NCBI GenBank assembly: GCA_051530055.1
Contig: CM121341.1
Span: 1,426,001-1,490,000, forward strand
DNA from: Neoechinorhynchus agilis
Taxonomy: Eukaryota; Animalia; Acanthocephala
DNA length: 64,000 nt
Direction of reading: 5' to 3'
The position numbers were made by a program, and so were the translations under genes. Under the pieces are notes generated by a model, which was not told where the DNA came from, ran no database searches, and saw nothing but the letters and a program-made list of their open reading frames with translations. Shown here piece by piece: positions 26,244 to 40,169 of this stretch. Position 1 is the first letter of the stretch; each line of letters opens with the position of its first letter.

Positions 26244-26532
26244 TCCCCAAACAGAATAAATTGTATTGCATTTTATTGAAAAAACATCGATTCTCTATAA
26301 TCTCATTGATATTTATTTGCGATTTACGGAATCGTTGCGCTTTTTGTTTGAAGAAGAACGATTTTTTGTGAGAGATGAAAAACTCCAGTTGGGCTACCCG
26401 GATGCGTCGAGTGTAATGGAGCCAATTTGGTATGCAATAACAATCAAATTTTAAAATGCTGACATGTTAGATACCGGATTATATGACTAGAATGATTGTT
26501 TAGGTATTCACCTGGTAAACAACTTTTATTAA

Positions 26533-26568
26533 AAACGTTTCGAACCTGGTCGGTATCATCATCAGTTA
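26533..26568 (-). ncRNA. Orphan minimal hammerhead-like motif; related copy at 48058-48100
   Basis: CTGATGA-T-GATACC..GGTTC-GAAACGTTT followed by AATAAA. Palindromic AACGTT in the helix III position. Confidence 0.5.
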
Positions 26569-27051
26569 ATTTGATGATGAACAACGTGCTTCTTGTTGAT
26601 TGTTTTGTTGCAATTATCAGCTGTGAAGACCGAGTTTGTAATCTCGTTCGTCATTCATATCCCAGTTCTGTTCTTTAATTAAGAAGGCTTCCTTAATTAA
26701 GCGTCAAAAGTTATTATGTTCACTTGCTAAAAAGCATTGTCTGGTCATAATTGACCAGTGGCCAGTATGCACCTCGTTCAACGTGACATTCGACGATACA
26801 ACCTTCTAATTCTTGGACAATTTATGTTCCTCGTCTTCAGATTCATAGGCAACAGCCTACTTTTCTACCTCTTGGTATTTGCGGCAAATGAGCTTTCCCA
26901 TCTGCACAGAAGGCCGGAAATAAAATTTGCATTTTATCGGCAGACCGCTGTTTTCAATTATCCTCAAGATTTTTTTCGCCGACAGTGGGTTGGTGGGCGT
27001 ATGTTCGGCACTCCAAGTGCATATGTCCATTCTATTCGGGCCCATGGCTGG

Positions 27052-27615
27052 ATCGAAATGGTGCACAGTGGATCAATTGTACCACAACCCGGGATCGCTG
27101 AAAGCTCATCGATGTATAATTCTGATGGATTGTGTCAAGCGAGAACGTCGAAATCCTAACGACTTTATATCCAAACACTTAAACAAACGTCGACTTTGTT
27201 GTCGATGCAAAGACATTACAAAAACACTTCGGTATCGTGGCAAATGTCCACCAACTTTCAGTCGTTGGTGGAGAGTGGCCTATACTCTACAGATTTTCAC
27301 GAATCGTGCGACCTTCATAGCTCATAATATCGGTTGCTTGAACTCTAAGGAAAGCATCAAAGAATTTAAAGACATATTCACTCAGAAAATTGATTTATAT
27401 TGAAAATTTTCGGCCTTTTCGTTGGCCTTCTTCAGTCAGATCTACAACTTAAAAGGAACGTTATCAATTAGTTTATCCGGTGGGACTCGTAGATTGAGTT
27501 TGTAGTCAGCTTTGTTGCCAACAAAAGTATCTGTTTGCTGGATCATGATGGCTTCCATGGTCACTCTGTCGCGTCTTACGTCACTCCTCGCAAGAACTTC
27601 GACGCCGTCAAAATT
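27052..27615. repeat. Direct copy of about 18030-18975 with the 18353-18734 segment deleted; ends in an inverted Penelope 3' end
   Basis: Sequence identity to both flanking segments of the 18-kb locus. Confidence 0.85.
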
Positions 27616-30600
27616 TGGCAACAAAGCTGACTATAAACTCAATCTACGAATCCCACCGGATAAACTAATTGATAATGTTTCTTTTAAATTGTAGATCTGA
27701 CTGAAGAAGGCCAACGAAAAGGCCGAAAATTTTCAAATACTCCGACCGAAGAATGAAGATCTTCCAGCTGGATGTGTCTATAAGATCCCATGTTCGAATT
27801 GCAGTCTGTCATATGTGGGACAAACAAACAATCTAAAAAGAAGGATTGCTGAACACTGTGGGACAAACAATCTATCAAAAATCTGATGTGAGCTCGGCAA
27901 TAGTGTCCCACATCAATGACAATGGGCATGAGATCAATTTTGACGGCGTCGAAGTTCTTGCGAGGAGTGACGTAAGACGCGACAGAGTGACCATGGAAGC
28001 CATCATGATCCAGCAAACAGGTACTTTGTTGGCAACAAAGCTGACTATAAACTCAATCTACGAATCCCACCGGATAAACTAAATTGATAATGTTTCTTTT
28101 AAATTGTAGATCTGACTGAAGAAGGCCAACGAAAAGGCCGAAAATTTTCAAATACTCCGACCGAAGAATGAAGATCTTCCAGCTGGATGTGTCTATAAGA
28201 TCCCATGTTCGAATTGCAGTCTGTCATATGTGGGACAAACCCTGAACAATCTAAAAAGAAGGATTGCTGAACACAGAAGAGCAGCTATCAAAAAGTCTGA
28301 TGTGAGCTCGGCAATAGTGTCCCACATCAATGACAATGGGCATGAGATCAATTTTGACGGCGTCGAAGTTCTTGCGAGAGACGCGACAGAGTGACCATGG
28401 AAGCCATCATGATCCAGCAAACAGGTACTTTGATCCAGCAAACAACAAAGCTGACTATAAACTCAATCTACGAATCCCACCGGATAAACAATTTTGATTG
28501 ATAATGTTTCTTTTAAATTGTAGATCTGACTGAAGAAGGCCAACGAAAAGGCCGAAAATTTTCAAATACTCCGACCGAAGAATGAAGATCTTCCAGCTGG
28601 ATGTGTCTATAAGATCCCATGTTCGAATTGCAGTCTGTCATATGTGGGACAAACAAACAATCTAAAAAGAAGGATTGCTGAACACAGAAGAGCAGCTATC
28701 AAAAATCTGATGTGAGCTCGGCAATAGTGTCCCACATCAATGACAATGGGCATGAGATCAATTTTGACGGCGTCGAAGTTCTTGCGAGGCGTGACGTAAG
28801 ACGCGACAGAGTGACCATGGAAGCCATCATGATCCAGCAAACAGGTTTTGTACAACAAAGCTGACTATAATTGGTTGGCAACAAAGCTGACTATAAACTC
28901 AATCTACGAATCCCACCGGATAAACCAATTGATAATGTTTCTTTTAAATTGTAGATCTGACTGAAGAAGGCCAACGAAAAGGCCGAAAATTTTCAAATAC
29001 TCCGACCGAAGAATGAAGATCTTCCAGCTGGATGTGTCTATAAGATCCCATGTTCGAATTGCAGTCTGTCATATGTGGGACAAACAAACAATCTAAAAAG
29101 AAGGATTGCTGCAACACAGAAGAGCAGCTATCAAAAAGGGTCTGATGTGAGCTTTAATAGTGTCCCACGTCAATGACAATGGGCATGATCAATTTTGACG
29201 GCGTCGAAGTTCTTGCGAGGAGTGACGTAAGACGCGACAGAGTGACCACGTGGAAATGGAAGCCAATTGATGATCCAACAAACAAATTGATAATGTTTTG
29301 TTGGCAACAAAGCTGATGAAGAACTCAATCTACGAATCCCACCGGATAAACATAATTGATAATGTTTTTTTAGATGTGTTCATCAGACTGAAGAAGGCCA
29401 ACGAAAAGGCCGAAAAGTGTCACAAATGTTCAGACATATTGAAGGCCAAGAAAAGGACTTGAAAATTTCATACTCCGACCGAAGAATGAAGATCTTCCAG
29501 CTGGATGTGTCTATAAGATCCCATGTTCGAATTGCAGTCTGTCATATGTGGGACAAACGAACAATCTAAAAAGAAGGATTGCTGAACACAGAAGAGCAGC
29601 TATCAAAAAGTCTGATGTGAGCTCGGCAATAGTGTCCCACATCAATGAATGGGCATGAGATCAATTTTGACGGCGTCGAAGTTCTTGCGAGGAGTGACGT
29701 AAGACGCGACAGAGTGACCATGGAAGCCATCATGATCCAGCAAACAGATACTTTTGTTGGCAACAAAGCTGACTATAAACTCAATCTACGAATCCCACCG
29801 GATAAACTAATTGATAATGTTTCTTTTAAATTGTAGATCTGACTGAAGAAGGCCAACGAAAAGGCCGAAAATTTTCAAATACTCCGACCGAAGAATGAAG
29901 ATCTTCCAGCTGGATGTGTCTATAAGATTCGCCAGATCAATTTTGACGGCGTCAAAGTTTTGCTGAGAAGAATGAAGATCTTCCTAGCTGGAAACAATAA
30001 TGATCTTCAATAACAGTCTGTCATATGTGGGACAAACAAACAATCTAAAAAGAAGGATTGCTGCAACAGAAGAGCAGCTATCAAAAAGTTCTTTGTGAGC
30101 TCGGCAATAGTGTCCCACATCAATGACAATGGGCATGAGATCAATTTTGACGGCGTCGAAGTTCTTGACTACGTAAGACGCGACAGAGTGACCATGGAAG
30201 CCATCATGATCCAGCAAACAGGTACTTTGTGTTGGCAACAAAGCTGACTATAAACTCAATCTACGAATCCCACCGGATAAACTAAAATTGATAATGTTTC
30301 TTTTAAATTGTAGATCTGACTGAAGAAGGCCAACGAAAAGGCCGAAAATTTTCAAATACTCCGACCGAAGAATGAAGATCTTCCAGCTGGATGTGTCTAT
30401 AAGATCCCATGTTCGAATTGCAGTCTGTCATATGTGGGACAAACAAACAATCTAAAAAGAAGGATTGCTTGAAGAGCAGCTGAACTCAGCTATCAAAAAG
30501 TTTATCCCGCACCAATAGTGTCCCACATCAATGACAATGGGCATGAGATCAATTTTGATTAAAATTTCGAAGTTCTTGCGAGGAGTGACGTAAGACGCGA

Positions 30601-32530
30601 CAGAGTGACCATGGAAGCCATCATGATCCAGCAAACGGTACTTTTGTTGGCAACAAAGCTGATTATAAACTCAATCTACGAATCCCACCGGATAAACTAA
30701 TTGATAATGTTTCTTTTAAATTGTAGATCTGACTGAAGAAGGCCAACGAAAAGGCGTTCGAAGAAGTTTCAAATACTGTCCGACCGACAGAAGAATGAAG
30801 ATCTTCCAGCTGGATTTGTCTCTAAAGATGACATGTTCGAATTGCAGTCTGTCATATGTGGGACAAACAAACAATCTAAAAATTGAAGGATCCTGAACAC
30901 AATAGTGAAGAGCAGCTATCAAAAAGTTTATTTGTGAGCTCGGCAATAGTGGAATACTGAATTTGGCAATGTTTGGAAAGACAAAACGTGTCCCACATCA
31001 AAGCGCGGGCCGAGATCAATTTTGACGGCGTCTCCTCCTATAGTTAAAGTTGTCCAAGAAATGACCATGGAAGCCATGATCCAGAAACAGGTACTTTTGT
31101 TGGCAACAAAGCTGAATCGGGAAGATTTCAATCTACGAATCCCAGATATAAAACGAATTGATGGTCTCATGTTTCTTTTAAATTGTAAGATCTGACTGAA
31201 GAAGGCCAACGAAAAGGCACGAAAATTTGTTGGTTCAAAACTCCGACCGAGAATGAAGATCTTCCAGCTGGATGTGTCTATAAGATCCCATGTTCGAATT
31301 TTAATTTCTGTACATATGTGGGACAAACGTTCTAAAATGAAAATTGCTGACCAGAAGAGCAGCTATCCAAAAAGTCTGATGTGAGCTCCACTGTCCCCAA
31401 TAGTGTCCCACTATCATATGACAATGGGCAAGATCAATTTTGACGGCTCGAAGTTCTTGCGAAGGCAGCTATCAAAGTCTGATGTGCTTGTCTAGTGTCC
31501 CACATCAATGACAATGTGGATGATTTTGACGTTCATTATCCTAGATCCCAAGCCATCATGATCCAGCAAACAGGTACTTTACAACTGGCAACAAAGCTGA
31601 CTATAAACTCAATCTACGAATCCCACCGGATAAACAATTGATAATGTTTCTTTTAAATTGTAGATCTGACTGAAGAAGGCCAACGAAAAGGCCGAAAATT
31701 TTCAAATACTCCGACCGATAGAATGAAGATCTTCCAGCTGGATGTGTCTATAAGATCCCATGTTCGAATTGCAGTCTGTCATATGTGGGACAAACAAACA
31801 ATCTAAAAAGAAGGATTGCTGAACACAGAAGAGCAGCTATCAAAAGTCTGATGTGAGCTCGGCAATAGTGTCCCACATCAATGACAATGGGCATGAGATC
31901 AATTTTGACGGCGTCGAAGTTCTTGCGAGGAGTGACGTAAGACGCGACAGAGTGACCATGGAAGCCATCATGATCCAGCAAACAGGTACTTTTGTTGGCA
32001 ACAATCAGCTGACTATAAACTCTAAAATACGAATCCCACCGGATAAACGAATTGATAATGTTTCTTTTAAATTGTAGATCTGACTAAGAAGGCCAACGAA
32101 AAGGCCGAAAACTCTCAAATACTCCGACCGAAGAATGAAGATCTTCCAGCTGGATGTGTCTATAAGATCCCATGTTCGAATTGCAGTCTGTCATATGTGG
32201 GACAAACGAACAATCTAAAAAGAAGGATTGCTGAACACAGAAGAGCAGCTATCAAAAAGTCTGATGTGAGCTCGGCAATAGTGTCCCACATCAATGACAA
32301 TGGGCATGAGATCAATTTTGACGGCGTCGAAGTTCTTGCGAGGAGTGACGTAAGACGCGACAGAGTGACCATGGAAGCCATCATGATCCAGCAAACAGGT
32401 ACTTTTGTTGGCAACAAAGCTGACTATAAACTCAATCTACGAATCCCACCGGATAAACTAATTGATAATGTTTCTTTTAAATTGTAGATCTGACTGAAGA
32501 AGGCCAACGAAAAGGCCGAAAATTTTCAAT
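27616..32530 (+). repeat. Tandem array of about 12 units of about 410 bp, each a Penelope GIY-YIG 3' end plus hammerhead motif
   Basis: Hammerhead core positions near 27701, 28116, 28530, 28961, 29388, 29843, 30320, 30733, 31196, 31670, 32084 and 32494. Central units are scrambled. Confidence 0.95.
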
Positions 32531-32562
32531 GAAATTGAAACAATAATGATTAATTTCTTTAC

Positions 32563-35016
32563 TTGGTGGACATTTGCCACGATACCGAAGTGTTTTTGTA
32601 ATGTCTTTGCATCGACAACAAAGTCGACGTTTGTTTAAGTGTTTGGATATAAAGTCGTTAGGATTTCGACGTTCTCGCTTGACACAATCCATCAGAATTA
32701 TACATCGATGAGCTTTCAGCGATCCCGGGTTGTGGTACAATTGATCCACTGTGCACCATTTCGATCAATTGCTTTAAACTGGAATAATTTGCTGGATGTG
32801 GCGTCTCAACCTGAGATTGTTTCGGGAATGTCTCCGGAATCGGGATAGTATTCAAGGATTCCTCGATTGCTTTTGCGGACAAACTAGCAAATTTCGCATA
32901 TTTCAGTCCCAGGATGCAAAGATGTTCCTTCGGTGATTTTCGCACCGCAAAGATGGCAGCTTAACTCATCATTTGCTTGCCGAGTTTCGGTATTATCTAC
33001 AAATTGGTTTTCGGATTTCTCGTCGGAGTCTCACGAGCTGATTCGTTTAGCAATGTTTGAACATCAGTTGATTGAACGTTTTCCGGTCGAAGCTTGGATA
33101 TAGGAACGATAGTTCCTATACACGTTTCGCAGAATTTAAATCGCCCGTAGCTGTACCATTCGATGCTCTCTTTCACTGAACATTTTGAGCAATACGAATC
33201 ATTGCAGCGGCGATGTGGATCATACGATCCTTACAGATTTTTAATCGAAGGAACGACGGATCCAATGCATTCTTGACACATACTCATATGTTCATAAGTG
33301 TACCAGATTGAACTTTGATCTGTTCCAAGCCAAATCGCAACGCCTGTCGCTGGTGGAATAATGATGTTTCGAACTCTCTGGAACAGGATTTTCATTTGAA
33401 GTTAATTCTTGAGCATCACTGAACGTAGGATTCGTCGCTTGTGTTGGCGCTTGAACAATATTTTGGTTTAAAGCATTCGTTTGCGCTGCTCCCAAAGAAG
33501 CGCTTGTTTGTTGCCCAGCTACAGCTTGAATGTTTGCCAATTGTGCCATTAATTGGGAATGTAGACAAATCCATGTTTTTTTGGCAAATGCACAATTCCC
33601 CGAACTTTTGCCATCTCGAACTTTGGTTTATCTTGCACAAAAAACAGATTTTGTCATCGCGGGAGTTCTGTTGCTGTACGCGATCAGCGTTTACGGTATT
33701 GGAACTGTTTCGGCTGGGTTGAATTCCCGTTGAATGTTGTTGTTATTTTAAGTCTTGGGTTTGAGGCGGTACCAAGAAGAACCTTTCGCTCTATAGCATT
33801 TTTGACAACTAATTTGCTCATTTGTTGACTGTCGATACTTTGAAGAACTCAGACAAGCCGATATGTTTTAAGTGTTTGCATTTTGAACGCGATTACCACC
33901 ACCTTTTTTATTTGAATCTTCGGCTGTTCCGAAAAGGGTATTTGCACATTTGCCACACGAGACTTTTTCTCTTTTGTAATACCAGGAAACACATTCATTG
34001 GTGCCACAAAGAAGACAAGGTGTTATTGTTTTGCTTTTAAGCAAACGCGAAGGAATGTTTTCTAAGCCGTGCTCTGAATCTAAAACCCCATTAACAATTT
34101 CAAGTCCAAGTATCCCGGCGTTATTGCAATTTGTAGATTCCCTTCGAATCATGTTGTCAAGCTGTTTTACAAGTCAGGATTGTTCACTGAATATTGGTTA
34201 TTGTTGAATTTTAGGCACATTTCGTCCAATAAATCCTGGAGCGTTTTGCGTCGCCGTAGAAGCTGTTCTATGATTATTGTTTTGAGCATTGCCCGAAGAT
34301 CGATTCACAAAATCAAATAACACTGGAAGGAAAGCAACGATTATTGGAGCGACTGATCTCATGCTGGCCATATGCTCGTTCATCAGGTTCACTTGTGGAG
34401 CTGGAACACTCGCAGGAAACTGGTTTGTTATTCTCGGTGAATCATTGCGAACGCCAAGAAAATCGGCCAATTCACTTTGATTTGCTGGTGGATTGAGTCG
34501 ACTATCACTGAATCCCTCGCTCCCATTTGTTACTCCAAGCTGCTTGTGATATGAGTACTCGTAGATATTTGAACGTTTGAAGGATCGACTCCGGATATTG
34601 GATTTTGTAGCAGGTTTTCCACTCGGTCAAGAAAGCCTTGAAGAATGTCACATACTGCGGGATCCATTGGTGAAACTAAATGTTCGGTTCAATGAAGAGA
34701 ATTCGGAATTTTTATCAAAGTATCGCGTTTCGAGACAATTATCATTTTATTTTTTCGTTTCTTGCCTTTATATGCCTCAGTCGAGTTACGATGCACACCG
34801 CTTGTAAGTTGGGCTGAAATTGTAGAAAACTTACAAGCAATATAACTGAAGAGGTAACCAAAAAGTTCACGAGGATGTGGTGAGGGTACTTAAGTTGGTA
34901 GCGTTGACTCGGGTGCGCGGGACCGTCGATTCCTGAGGTGATGTTTCACCCCAACCTGCGCAAAAGACCCATGGGGATTCCTGGTCGGAAATCTTAGAGA
35001 ATTATTGTTCTTGTTC
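32563..35016 (-). repeat. Near-identical 2.45-kb inverted duplicate of 15783-18233
   Basis: The same ORF set appears on the opposite strand. Only a few single-base indels were seen. Confidence 0.95.
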
Positions 35017-35029
35017 GCAGAATATTTCC

Positions 35030-36700
35030 TTTACCCTTAAAAATCAGCACAAGTATGCTTCATTGCCATGCTGACGGAATGAATCTTTTGCTCTGCATCT
35101 ATCTTTCGAAAGAGTCTAGTAAGCAGTTTGAGTCCGAAGGCGTCCAAACATTTCCATAACTCAATCGGGATGTTTTCTGGACCGGCACTCTTACCAATCT
35201 TCATCCTTCTGATCTGCGATGCGGCAATCATTTATTCTCTGTGTTCAGGAGAGATCCGAAGTACTCCTTCCATCTGCTCAAAATATCGTTGTTTTGATCG
35301 AGCATCCTATCCTCGCTGCCGTTGATCATTTTGTGTCGTACGATGTCCCTTGACCTTTTGTCCCGGATTTTGGTCAACTTGAAGAAAATATCCCTCCCAT
35401 TATCTCTCCAGCTGGTCATATAGCTCTTGATCGGCTCCCCTCTTTGCTTTGAAGCATTCTCGGACAGCCTTCCTTTTTTGCGTTTTTGTATGCGTCTTTA
35501 TTATGGGTTGAAGAATCTAATATTTTCCTCGCTGCTCTTTTGACTGATTACGTCCTTGACCGTTTGACTCCACCACCACGCCTCGTTGTTCGGAAGTGGA
35601 GGTTTCCCCGACGTCATTCCCAAGATGATTTTGGCTTCCCGAAGGATAACTTCAGCCGTCTCATCCCACCAGGTTTCTACTTAGACTACGTCCTCGCTTG
35701 GTTTCTGGGGGAGCACAATCACAATCTTTTCTTTGAGGGCAGGATCTTTTAGCTTCCACGACTTGATGTTTGCCTTTTACCCTAATCCTAAGGTCGGCCA
35801 CGAGTAATCTATGTTGCATCGCACACTCCTCTCCTAGTATTATCTTGACATTCCAGACTTCGCCCCACTTCGCTATCGGGTACAAAATAAAATTGATTTG
35901 ATCTTCCACCGTTTGAGTATGTGTAAAGGTGCCGTGGGTCTTTTTTGAAGTATGTATTCTAAATACGCAACTCCAACGCCGTTGTATAATCCAACAGTCT
36001 TACACCCTCGGCGTTCCTTGATCCTACACTGTGTCCTCCATGAATTCGCTCGTAGCCATCTCTCGGTCCCACGTGTCCGTGATAGATCCAGCCAAAATTC
36101 ATCTTTCTCCTCCTCGCTGCAATCGACCTGCGGGGCGTATGCAGCCACTACTGTCGTGATTTCACCACTCCCGTTTCTCCTCACCACCATAACTCGATCA
36201 CTTGTTCTTTTCACTTCCATTACATCGTCGACTATGTCTTTAGCGATTACAATACTGACCCCATTTCTACCACTTGTTCCGCCACTATAAATTAGTTTAT
36301 AACCTTCTCCAACTTCTTTAGCCTTGCGTATTTTCCATCGTAGTTCTTCTATCCCGAGTATCTGAAATTTTCTTCTGCTCATCAAATCGACCACTTCTCG
36401 ACTTCTCCCTGTCATAAAACCGATTCCCATTTTTATGACTACTCGTTTCTTTAGCCAGGCCCGTCGCTAACTCGGTAACCCTAATTCATTTTTCGCATCC
36501 TCCGGGCGCCGAGTCTGCGCGTCGCATAAGGGGTATGCCCTTGTCAGATCGTTCGAAATTAAAGAACTTCACATTGGCATAGATAGTTTTGGCACAGGGT
36601 TTTAAGGCCGGATGCACTTACTGACGCCAACCCTCCTCATTTATCCAGGCTTGGGACCGGCACCGATTTTCCCCGATGGCTTGGTTGCGAATGTGTTATA
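35030..36700 (-). mobile_element. RTE family 2 copy (5' UTR, APE and linker; 3'-truncated)
   Basis: GIEELRW, SGGTSGRNGVSI, VAAYAPQ. The 5' UTR is identical in layout to the 20760 copy. Confidence 0.88.
36625..36690 (-). ncRNA. Twister ribozyme, second copy
   Basis: GCCGGTCCCAAGCCTGGATAAATGAGGAGGGTTGGC. P4 is kept by a G-U pair and P2 has one mismatch. Confidence 0.7.
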
Positions 36701-37499
36701 ATCAATAATGTTTTGTTCAAAAAACGCAAAGTGCTCTGAAAAAGCTGAAGAATGTTCCATGAACTAATAAGAAAATAAAAGAATGTTGAGAGGCTTTACA
36801 TACATCTCGGCAACCGACACCACGGAAGGTAACAATTCGAGCTTCAGTTTAAAATTGGCTATCAGTTACCTGATGAAAATGAATTAAAAGCGCTACACAA
36901 TGCAGGGAATACGAGCGGACATATTCTCAACCCGAGCTAAAAAGGCCAAACAAATAAAAAGAACTGTTACACAAACTTTTTTAGATGACTGATGAGGCGA
37001 GGTTTCCTCTATCGAAATATTTCCGAATAATAAAGGAATCTTTAACCGGGATTACGCTCACCAACTTTAAACGTTGATGCTCATCGTTTTTTACGGCGAA
37101 AATTCCTATACAATGACCATCTACCTTAAAAAAAACTTTCGTAAAAAAAACAAAAAATGTGGAAATAAAACTCTAAGTTACATCATCGTAGCCTCTGGGC
37201 AAAAAATGACATTATTTTGGTGAGGTATTTACCTAAAAAGTTTCGTTTTCTCATAAAAGAGCGAGCGCACAACGCGAATAATTCAGAGGAATTTCACACG
37301 AACTCGAATATTTAAAAACTTACAAGCAGTAAGTATTGGCGAGCAGCCAAAGCCCAATGACGACCAAAGATGCGATTGCATCTCAGAGGGCACATTGAAG
37401 AAATGAAAGATAATTAAACTCTCGAATCGTTGTGATTGGCATAAAATGCGGTGGTTACTGAAATCAAAAATTTGGAAGCTGCGGTCGCAGAGATAAGGA

Positions 37500-39470
37500 T
37501 CTCTGAGTAATTTTTCAGCGCATCTTTGTGTGCCCTCGCGAAAAAGGAAGGTGGGATTCGTTACATTGCAATTGGAACAACCCTGCGCAGTTTAACATCA
37601 AAAATTTTAAATAAAAGGATCGCAGAAAAAGTTGGGATGCTGCTTGAGGCGATTGTTCATTCACTCTGCACGCTCATCACCGAAAACTCAAAGCCATGCG
37701 TGGTCTTGAAATGCTATTTCAAAAATGCATTCAACACAGTTTACCGAGCAGATTTGCTCAGAGTAGTTACAAATCGGACTCCAACTCCCTCAACAACCAC
37801 GTTTTGTTGTCAGAAAGCGGAGTTCAACAAGGGATCCTTTGGGCGCAATAGAATTCTTACTTGCAGTCAATCCCGTCGCGCACTCACTCCAGTCCAGCTT
37901 TAACGGCTGGTACTTGGACGATGAAGCGCTCGGAGATAACCCCTCTGTTGTACTGCACGATTTGGAGACACTCTCTGTTTCTGATCAAGAACGCCTTTTA
38001 TTCAAAACTGTTGAGCTGCGCAGCACCTTTTTTAGACATAAGATAAGCTGCAAAATTAGACGAGACGGTGAAAGCCTTCCGAGGAAATTTAAATACTCAG
38101 CTGTCGGACGAGGCCTTGCTGTAGCGTCTTGCCTGTGTGTCCGCGGGTTTGTATCCGAAAAGTATTTATATTTGTCTGCCACTTATTTGGGATCGTATGA
38201 AGCAAGCTCAAAGTAGTTAAATCCGTTCTTGGTGAGAATTACACTTTGGATGAGATTTCGTGGAGGCGTGTAGGAGACGGCTGCCTTGTGATGAGCGGTA
38301 AATATTTTTATATTTTTTAATTTAAATCTATCGATTATTTTAAATTTTAATATTGATCACAATGACACCAATTAATTACAACATCGCCAGTATTAAATCG
38401 CTGTTTAATCGTGCCTATAACTATTGCTAACCGCGATCAATAATCGATGACTAAGGCTGAATGTTGATTATTACAATCATAGAGTCAAAGATTTCAAAGC
38501 TTGGTACTTGGTTGACGCTACACTGGGAGGTGATCCCTCCGTTGTATTGCGCGATTTGGAGACGCTGATTAGGTAGACCTCGAAGATGGGCATTGAGCTC
38601 AATGCTGGAAAGTGTGAGCTCCTAGTATTAAATATCGAAGACGCCGCCAGAGGCCGTAGCTCTAGGTCTGAAACTTGTGACTCCAGAGCAACTCAGCCTC
38701 CTGGGTAGTTGCGTCTTTGATTCAAATGTGGAAGTTGAGATCAGTCGTATCATACCGAAACTTTCGTTGCTGTGCGATAGGGTGAGCGCTCTCTCGGCTC
38801 ACGAAGCGTTATTTATGATAAAGAACGCACTCTTTATCCCTCAAACATAAGGAAGGATTGGCTAAGCTCGACGACAAGGTGAGGGCTTGCCTCGAACGTA
38901 TTTTAAATGTTCAGCGCTCTGATGGGGTGTGGCGACAAGCATCATTGCCTGTGTCATCTGGAGGATTGGGCATTTGGGCGCTAGCAGACCTTGCCTTGCC
39001 AGCCCTTTTCTTGGATCGTATGAGGGGAGTCAACCGATAGCGAAGAAAATTTTGAAGGAAAAGTTCTGTCTTGACCGGGATTTCGTGGTGGCGGTTGAGG
39101 AATGGTGCCAGCAGACAGGCGCTAACCATGTTCCCGTGAATGGCCTCAGACAGACGATCTGGGACAGACCTCTCGTCGCGAGAGCCCACAGCTCTCTACT
39201 TTCAGGTTCTCGTTATGGGGTCGTCCGAGCTAGATTGTTGGCAGTTTCGACACGAGAGTCGAGGGCGTGGTTTGAGACTGTTCCTCTGACATCTGTGGGA
39301 ACTCTTCTCACTGATGAGGTAAAGAGGATCGCGGTGTTCTTAAGACTTGGTCTTCCGATATGCACGCCCCATCGCTGTCGATGTGGGTCTTTGGTTGATG
39401 CTTTCGGGCGACAAGGTCTCGTTTGCCGAAAGTCAGGTGGAAGGTTCTCATAAAATTATTGTAAGAGGAA
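37500..39470 (+). mobile_element. CRE-like non-LTR retrotransposon fragments (RT and pre-REL zinc knuckle)
   Basis: KEGGIRYIAIGTTLR, WYLDD, WRQASLPVSSGGLG, RLGLPICTPHRCRCG...GLVCRKSGGR. Confidence 0.8.
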
Positions 39471-39489
39471 CAAATTGGACGGATGTTTC

Positions 39490-40130
39490 AATTAAACGCT
39501 TACTCGTCTGCGGGATCTATTGGTGAAACTAAATGTTCGGTTTAATGAAGAGAATTCGGAATTTTAATCAAAGTATCGCGTTTCGAGACAATTATTATTT
39601 TATTTTTTCGTTTCTTGCCTTTATACGCCTCAGTGGAGTTACGATGCACACCGCTTGTAAGTTGGGCTGAAATTGTAGAAAACTTACAAGCAATATAACT
39701 GAAGAGGTATTTTAAATAAATGATCAACACTAACAACAATCCGGGGAAACATCGCCAAACTCGAATAAAATTCACCCCGACGACAATTCTCTATGATACA
39801 AATTTCAATCGTTGTTAATGGAATTTGACGAACAATCTGACAAAAAATTGAAGGCAATTAAAAATTCTTTGTCAGTGAAGATTAAAAGATATACGATAAA
39901 TTGATGAAATAAAAATGTGATGTAAATTAAGCTTTGTTTAAACATATAAAATCTCCAGTGTTTTTCGGAACTCAAAAATGACCAAAAACGGTCGTTAATT
40001 CAGCAGTCATTGCTCGTTATTTCGAAAGTGATTATTGTCCTCAGTTATAAGTATTAATGAAAAACGAAATATTTTTTCGGTTAGATAAAAAATTATTGTA
40101 AGAGGAATAAAATTGGACGGATGTTTCAAT
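39490..40130 (-). repeat. 5' part of the Cys-rich element (upstream module and start codon region)
   Basis: Reverse complement matches 15940-16140 and 22940-23230. Confidence 0.75.
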
Positions 40131-40169
40131 TAAACGCTTACTCGTAATGGGGTTTAAAAACCCAAAAAT

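Noticed and set aside
27616-32530. CRISPR array
   Set aside because: Units are about 410 bp whole-unit repeats with no unique spacers, no cas genes, and a eukaryotic context.
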